From positions 4,154,001 through 4,218,000 of the forward strand of contig OZ024743.1 in NCBI GenBank assembly GCA_964016885.1: 64,000 bases of DNA, read 5' to 3'. The notes under the pieces were generated by a model. The model was not told where the DNA came from. It worked only from the letters and a program-made list of their open reading frames with translations, and did not search any database. Below are positions 55,435 to 64,000 of this stretch, piece after piece. Numbering within the stretch: position 1 is the stretch's first letter; each line of letters opens with the position of its first letter. Source of the stretch: Eledone cirrhosa (lineage: Eukaryota). The position numbers and the translations under genes are program-made.

Positions 55435-56234
55435 ATGCATAAACATGTAAGTATCTCTGTGCATTTTGTATATGGAAGTGTATAGGTGTGTGCTTTTTGG
55501 CATGTACAAATTAATTTATTTACGTAAACACACACACTCCTATACAAACAGAAATACACTAACACATCTATGTATATATTTATCCAATTCGAAAGAGGAT
55601 TAGAATATAAGAAATAAAGCGACATTGATAACATTTACTCAAGCGCAATTAACAACAATCAAGAAATATAAAATTACATTACAGCTGACATACTTAATAT
55701 GATATTTCCCTTGCAGGGAACATCCGAACACATTTGTTTAATGATTCAACATAATAAAGGCAGGTTGAGGTGATAATTCTGAAGTATCAATCAATTTAAA
55801 ATGTAATTTCGCATGCAGCAATTTGGCGAAAACATTAGCTTCTGGATGATTCTGATCTTTGGCAAGCACTGACAAATTAAGCTTATGATACTTTTCTAAC
55901 ATTATTTCCGGAAAATCTTGAACGTTTCAATTGTTATTGCTGATATTACATGAAGTTGCTCAAGTTAAAGCAACAAAGTGAAAAAATAGAAATTTACATG
56001 AGTAGAGTTAGGCACAATAATATGTACAGAGAGAGAGAGGGGGGGGGGGAGACAGAGGATCTGTGCGCGTTGGTCTTTTGTCTTAGTATGTGGCGTATAT
56101 ATTTCTATACATATGAATATATATACGTATGCATATGCATAAAATAAATATATAAAGATCTCCCTCTCTCTCTCTCTATGTATATATCTATCTATGTATA
56201 TATATATATATATCTATGTATATATATATCTATG

Positions 56235-56299
<65 letters not shown>

Positions 56300-56324
56300 C
56301 CATATATATTTACTTGTACATATA

Positions 56325-56383
<59 letters not shown>

Positions 56384-56810
56384 TAAATATATGTTATATA
56401 TATATATGATTGAGTTTGTTTGAAATGGAAAAGAAGGATCGTCCGTTGGTTTTGTTGATGAGAATTCCAGTTATTGGTTCAACAGAACACCTTGCTCCTA
56501 GAATTAGCATGCGAGCTCTTGATGAATATTCAGTTTGACAGAGAAGGTACTAAGTTTGGCCAATATAAATACAGGTAATATCCATCCGAACGGCTTCCAA
56601 TCTGTCTATCCTGTTTCAATCACAAATTGGCTTCTACCTGATGCTACAGTAAAGGACAGTTACACTTGAGGCACATAGTTATATTGAACCAAGAAATTTA
56701 TGATTATGGAGGGATCTTATTAACGATTCCACTACGGTGCGTCCACATACTTGTACATACAGACATACTCACACACACATTCACACACATTCACACACGC
56801 AGACACACAA

Positions 56811-56841
<31 letters not shown>

Positions 56842-57009
56842 CATATCTATCTATCTATCTATCTATATATATAATATATGCAAAATTTGTGCGACTTCCC
56901 ATATCGTGTTTGAAGGAGGCAAAAAAAATAGATTAAAGAAAACACATGGTTCTAGAAAGATATATTCGACTGATATTGCGAAACAGAAATTATTAGGATA
57001 ATATATTCT

Positions 57010-57258
57010 TTACGAAACAGCTGGAAGTGGCTGTACAGCATTAACTGGGGCTGTAATATGATTCGAATTTTCAATAGGTGCTGGTTGACAATTTTCAGGG
57101 TTATTTGTTCGTTCTGCTTCAGCGATAGCTCCAATTATGCCATTTTGCAAGTTAGTTATGATAAAGTCGATTGTTTTTTTGTATATTATTTCCATCGATT
57201 CAGAATATCGGTCTCCAAGCGTGATTTTAATGGCACACAAAAACGGCTCTACCATTAA
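57010..57258 (-). CDS. Terminal coding exon of a globin X-like (GbXL-type) globin: helices G-H plus C-terminal extension
   Basis: Acceptor ttttactttctattgcag|TTA, phase 0, consistent with the conserved globin G7.0 intron. LMVEPFLCAIKITLGDRYSESMEIIYKKTIDFIITNLQNG resembles the PFL..V..TLGDRY.E..E.IYK.TI.FII..L pattern of invertebrate GbXL as I recall it. Upstream exons not found in the window. Confidence 0.85.
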   Translation of the reverse strand, partial: LMVEPFLCAIKITLGDRYSESMEIIYKKTIDFIITNLQNGIIGAIAEAERTNNPENCQPAPIENSNHITAPVNAVQPLPAVS

Positions 57259-57394
57259 CTGCAATAGAAAGTAAAATATGTTATCAATTTAACTCAATCA
57301 TTTAACTTTTACATATTCAGTTGGGTAATATTGTAGTGTGTATTTCTGCAGTGATTATTGTTATTGGGGATAAAGGTGTATACATTGTAAGGTT

Positions 57395-57620
57395 AGCCAC
57401 AGCAACTTTGTCTCCACATATCGGATGGTTTGGAGATGCATACACCACAAAGCCGCTGAAAATGCATGCGAAGGCTCGTGCCTCGGAAATTCTGGGTTCG
57501 CTGATGGCCACCATATCTATGTTCAGTGATATGAGGTCGTTCACCAGGTGACCCATCTTCCAAGACGACCCCAGGCCATTCGCATTTATATTGCCTGTTC
57601 TGAGTAAGACATTTTTAGAT
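57395..57620 (-). mobile_element. Tx1/L1-type APE endonuclease N-terminal fragment (intronic)
   Basis: RTGNINANGL...LNIDMVAISEPR. Confidence 0.75.
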
Positions 57621-57838
57621 AAAGAGTAGGGAGAGTAAGATAGGGTTCTTTACACTGTTCGTGCGGGAGCAGGGATGATGATCCCTCTTCTTGGTCAGAA
57701 TAACAACTTTCGACCAAATCATTAAAACACACAACACCAACCCTAAACTCATGACCAGACATATTACCTCTAGAATAGAGATCCCATATATGATATATGA
57801 TATATATATATATATTCTAAGTCAAGTTTACATACTGA

Positions 57839-57932
57839 GGCATATCTGAGGATCTTTCGATTCTAGAGTCAGGTTCGATCAATAATAGATCGTTCCACGA
57901 GCTAATCGACAGGGAAACATATGTAATATGTT
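57839..57932 (+). ncRNA. Type I hammerhead ribozyme with palindromic stem III
   Basis: GGCATAT-CTGAGGA-TCTTTCGATT...AATCGACAGG-GAAA-CATATG-TA-ATATGTT. Stem I 5 WC + 2 GU, stem II 9/10 paired, palindrome ACATATGT, GUA triplet; element ends in (TA)n at ~58066. Confidence 0.85.
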
Positions 57933-59561
57933 ATTAAATATGTTATGATGCAACACTTACTCTTACTTCCTATATTCTTACACTATTATACTCTGCACTG
58001 CGCAAGCATCGAGTGCTCACCCGGCATACCACCTAGGGAAGCAATTTTCATGCACCTATACACCTATATATATATATAAACGTGTGTCTGTATGTGTGTG
58101 TATAGTGGGTTGTGTAGTTTGTTTTTGTAGCGCATGCAGTTCAGGGCAAGGAAACAAGAGTAAGCTATAGGGAGCTGAGAGGGAGAGGTTGAATATTAAT
58201 AAAATAAAATAAACGATATAAAACATGTTTAAAAACATATATATAGACATATATGTCTGTGTCTATATATGTATGTTTGCATGCATGAATACACTATGCT
58301 TTAGATTTATTAGAATGTACAATCACTGATTCCGCTATTTGCACTATCGTATATTTTGGTTTCTAGTAATTCCCTGGGGAATTGGTTGACCAAATACTTT
58401 ATTGTTTTATTTCTTCCTTTTTAAAATGTTATTCTTTCTCTTAGATTTCAGGTATTATATATATACTTACACATGAACTACAGACCAGATAATATTTATA
58501 TTAAAAAGTAAGAACTTTATTAATTTGCGGAGTAATTTATTCAGTTCCTGCAAACATCGTTTAAATTCAACTTTTAAATATATATATGAAATGTAATATA
58601 CGATTTATCTCTTTTACATAATGTCTTCTATATCTATATATGATTCATATACTTAATTTATTTTCTATCATCTCTATTTCACATACATATTATTACACCT
58701 ATCGATAGATTATAAAATTCATTTATATGACTGCTTAAAACTCCTTTAAGGAAAAATTTTTCTTGAAAAACTTACAGAAGGTTTTAAGAAAATCTTTTGA
58801 AAATTCCTTTGAAAGATATAGATAGACCATTATTTTCATACCTTCCAATATTTTTATATTGTTATATTGTTATAATTTTATATTCTTATATTTTCAAACG
58901 TTTTAAATATATATATCCAAATGTTTATATATATATGGAAAAACATGATTTTTTAAATATATATGTGGAGTAACCTATGGTTTATACTTTAAATATATTC
59001 TTAAAATAAATTCTTTTAAATGTTTTAACTTTATAGCAAGTAAATTTATGACTTCGTATAAAATAACATATAGTTCATGTTTTAATTATAGATAATTTAA
59101 TTTAAGATAAAAAATTTTTAACTTCTTAACTTTATAGCATTTAATCCTTAGTCATCTGAGTTCTTAAAAAATCACTTATAACTTCCTTACTGTTTTTATA
59201 ATATAACTAAGTGGTTATTCTTTTGTAAACTCTCGAAAATTTTCCATAAATTTGGAATTATTTGGATGTTTAAAATTTTTGACTTACAACTTTTAATAAA
59301 ATAAACTATACTAGATTTGCTCTAATGTAAAATAATATATATTTATTTAAATACTTTATAATCCTTAACATACACATTTAAACTAATTATTAAATTATTA
59401 AATTAAATATTTAATATTAAGGTAAATTTTAATCTTTAATTTTTATTTCTAATTTTTTTATTTTTATTTTAATTTTAATCTAATTTTTCTACCTATCATT
59501 ATAAATATTATAATCAAAACATAATGAATCCTGCATTATAAATATTATTCTTCCACGTTAT

Positions 59562-59663
59562 TCTCATTTCTTCTCTCACGTAAATATACTTACGCTGTAT
59601 TTATCCTTTGAATCTCATTTCTTCTCTCACTTAAATATACTTACGCTGTATTTTTCCTTTGAA
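59562..59663. repeat. Two-copy ~51-bp tandem duplication
   Basis: TCTCATTTCTTCTCTCAC.TAAATATACTTACGCTGTATTT.TCCTTTGAA x2. Confidence 0.9.
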
Positions 59664-60151
59664 ACTCTTCTCTTCATGCACGCTATTTTCACTGTTAATA
59701 TATATATAATCGTTCTTTCTTTCCTCTTCTATCTTTCTCATTTCTTTCTTCTTTTTTCTTTTTTCTCTCTCCCTCACATATCACCTTCTTCCAATAGTTT
59801 AATTTAAATAAATCGTTATCTTTTCAACCTTTCGGACACTCATAATTTTCTATCGCCCTCAACAAATATAATATCTCCACTATCCAGGAAGCTCCAACCG
59901 TTAAGGTTGTCTTTTTTTCCGGGTATGTCAATATTTATTTATAAAACAAATCTGTATTTTATCTGCTGAAAGCGCACAATAATTTGCCTTGGTAGCCCTT
60001 GAAATATGTATAATAAAATAAATATGGTTTTATAAATATAGTTTCCATTTATTAATATATTGTGTATTTACTCCACTAAACTGTTGAGTGCTCTATATCA
60101 GTTATAAACATTTTTAAGCTTGTTGAATCGCAACAAATTAAATATAACCTC

Positions 60152-61449
<1,298 letters not shown>

Positions 61450-61458
61450 TATATATAA

Positions 61459-61571
<113 letters not shown>

Positions 61572-62443
61572 ATGTTTAAGTATCGGGAAAAAGGAAAGAT
61601 AGGCGATACATGCCAATAGTTTGTGCAGAATATTAGCCGTCAACATCGAAAGGCTAATTCCTTCGCCAACAGAATATTTGACCCAACATAGTCATCTATT
61701 CCCACTTTTGTTTATAGCTAATAAGTTAAATAGTTATAGCTAACTTAGATAATTATAAATTACCTCCCTTACATTGTCTTTCACTTAAACTCATTAGCAC
61801 TTCTTAACTATAAACCACATACAATTTCTAATTTCTCGAGGAGTTACTTCCCCTGAAATCACCCTCTATTTAGTGAGATAAATATGTCCTTTGGTGACCA
61901 TCTTGTTACCCATAGGCAGATCTCACATAATGCAGCCTCGACAGAAGAATATTGCTCGCCTATGGCAGACAATAGATATACCCAGGACACCATAGTGAAA
62001 TACCAATATATGGAACATTACATTCATGTAACCATCTTTTTTTACCTTAATTTATATTCCTTTTGAAGTTCCGATGAACTGCTCCAATTTTACCTAAGTT
62101 AATTATCTTCAACTGAACTAGATCAATAATGATCTATAATCATTTGATCCAGAAACATTATATGGAGTAGCGAAACAATTGTAAACGGACATTATTAGTA
62201 TTATTATTATTATGCTTTACATTCCTTACATTAAACTAAAACTATGTTGATAATCTTTTAATAATGTCTTTGTAATAAATAAATTTGTGGTCTTGTTTTG
62301 CTTAACTAATGAATATATATATATACATATATATAATATATATAATATATAAAATGCCAATCATTGAAAGTTTGAATCTAACGGACATGCAAAAACATAT
62401 ATATAAGAATAAGGTAAGCCCAAATCATAGTAGATTCAAATAT

Positions 62444-62510
<67 letters not shown>

Positions 62511-62625
62511 GAGGTGGAACAGAAATAAAACATGGATTAGTTTAAAATATACTCTAGATAGATGTGAAACAAAACGAGGATGTAATTTATGCAGTTTATG
62601 AATTTTCATAAGATTTTCGTGTTTG

Positions 62626-62819
62626 TCTCTCTGGCTTAGCGGTAGGATATCCTGGCCTTGGGTTCAATCCTGGTCAAGAGGTACATGTAACCTCTTTCGG
62701 TTTTTATTTTGCAGCCCATAGAAAAAAACTGAAAAGGTTTACCGGGAACCCTACTCCCGACCAGGATCGAACTTCAGATCGAACATCGTCTATGATTACT
62801 CCAATTAGGCCACCGAGAC
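62626..62819. other. Two convergent short tRNA-like Pol III units forming an imperfect palindrome
   Basis: Plus: TGGCTTAGCGG...GGTTCAATCC...T-run. Minus: TGGCCTAATTGG...AGTTCGATCC...T-run. Confidence 0.55.
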
Positions 62820-63855
62820 AGCTACAAAAGTATAGTTAAAATTGATAATTATAAACCTACTTTCATAATCAAAGTTAAAAAGATGTGGTGTCGTTATGGC
62901 TTTCCTAGAGCTATTAGTAGACTTCTGGTCATTATTGAAAGTCTTTGGATTTCATAAAATACATATTTTTTATTGGAGAAGGTAAGATATTTTTCCGCAA
63001 AAATTTGATTGCACTGTTTTGTTACCACTTATGTATTTTTCGAAAATGTGATTTATTCATTATAAACATTATATGGTAGCATTCTATATGTAGTTGGCCC
63101 CCTTCATCTCCTGGTGTGAGTGTGTGTTAGTGTGCGTGTGCCTCTGTATGTGTGTTAAGAGGAATGGAGTGAGAGAGAATAAAGGTACTAGGTACTTCAC
63201 CGATATTACGCAGATAGTTTTCGATACACTAGTAAACTCAAATTTAAAACTAGATTTTTCGTAAGGCACACCGACCAGTTATCAGTAGCTCAGTAAAATG
63301 ACATATTAAAATAAGGAAAACTGCAAAATGTTAATAATATTGATTCCTAACATAAGCCAGAAATTTGCGTAAATATAGCAATCGATTACTTTGACTGCAA
63401 ACTTTGATTAGTAATTATTTGATCAGCGACTGAACGGCCAAAAGCAAAGCTTGCCTGGGAGTAATTTGAAATGATAACGGAGCGATCGTAGAATAAAATC
63501 CTAATAAAAAAAAAAATTGGTCCACTATCTTACGATTCAGCCAAACCATCACTAGTATTGATCTTAAAGATTTCTGAAACAGAATATTTCTACCGAAGAT
63601 AATACGTATCGCCAATAGATTGAAGGTTTGAAAGATTTGATTTACAAAAGTTTGGTTTATCTTTGTCCATTGGAGATGCCATTTGCCCAAATTCCCAAGC
63701 TGGGATATTGATTCCGACAAAAATGAGTGTTAAACAAACTTCTTAAAGAAAATTATTCTACAATTCCAAATATTCAATGTACACAAATAAATCCACTCAC
63801 ACAGACGCACACAGGTACAATCATACACATACACAAACACAAACACTCTTTCTCA

Positions 63856-63925
<70 letters not shown>

Positions 63926-64000
63926 GAAGAGGTTATACAGGACTAGAACAGTATCATTCGTGAGAAATCACCAGGAAGCTTAATTTTCTTTACTTGATAT

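Noticed and set aside
58300-60150. Extremely AT-rich tract as a NUMT or upstream globin exon
   Set aside because: No recognisable mitochondrial gene, tRNA or globin E/F-helix sequence.
62626-62680. Functional tRNA gene
   Set aside because: Anticodon arm missing or shortened; no cloverleaf.
63415-63720. 101-aa ORF as an upstream globin exon
   Set aside because: No globin motifs in the frames examined and no convincing splice pair.

Overview
Eukaryotic (animal) genomic DNA, AT-rich and dominated by repeats. The SINE families and dense (TA)n/(CA)n/(TATG)n microsatellites are typical of an octopod cephalopod; that assignment is inferred from repeat content only. All long six-frame ORFs are artefacts of a ~12 kb 20-bp satellite (9967-22014) and of microsatellites. 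The only host coding sequence I can support is the terminal coding exon of a globin X-like gene (minus strand, 57010-57258). The rest is decayed retroelements (R4/Dong-like, CRE, RTE, Tx1/L1, Penelope-like, Gypsy), two tRNA-derived SINE families, a bipartite RTE derivative, DNA-transposon MITEs and a 200-N gap. The most interesting signal is RNA-structural. Several short elements, most ending at (TA)n, carry hammerhead ribozyme (HHR) cores: three near-complete type I folds plus degenerate and half copies. Six copies share a covarying 3' RNA motif, and two show fold-back inversions pivoting at HHR stem II. A 526-bp unit with 134-bp direct repeats carries HHR strands in an apparently non-canonical (reversed) order.
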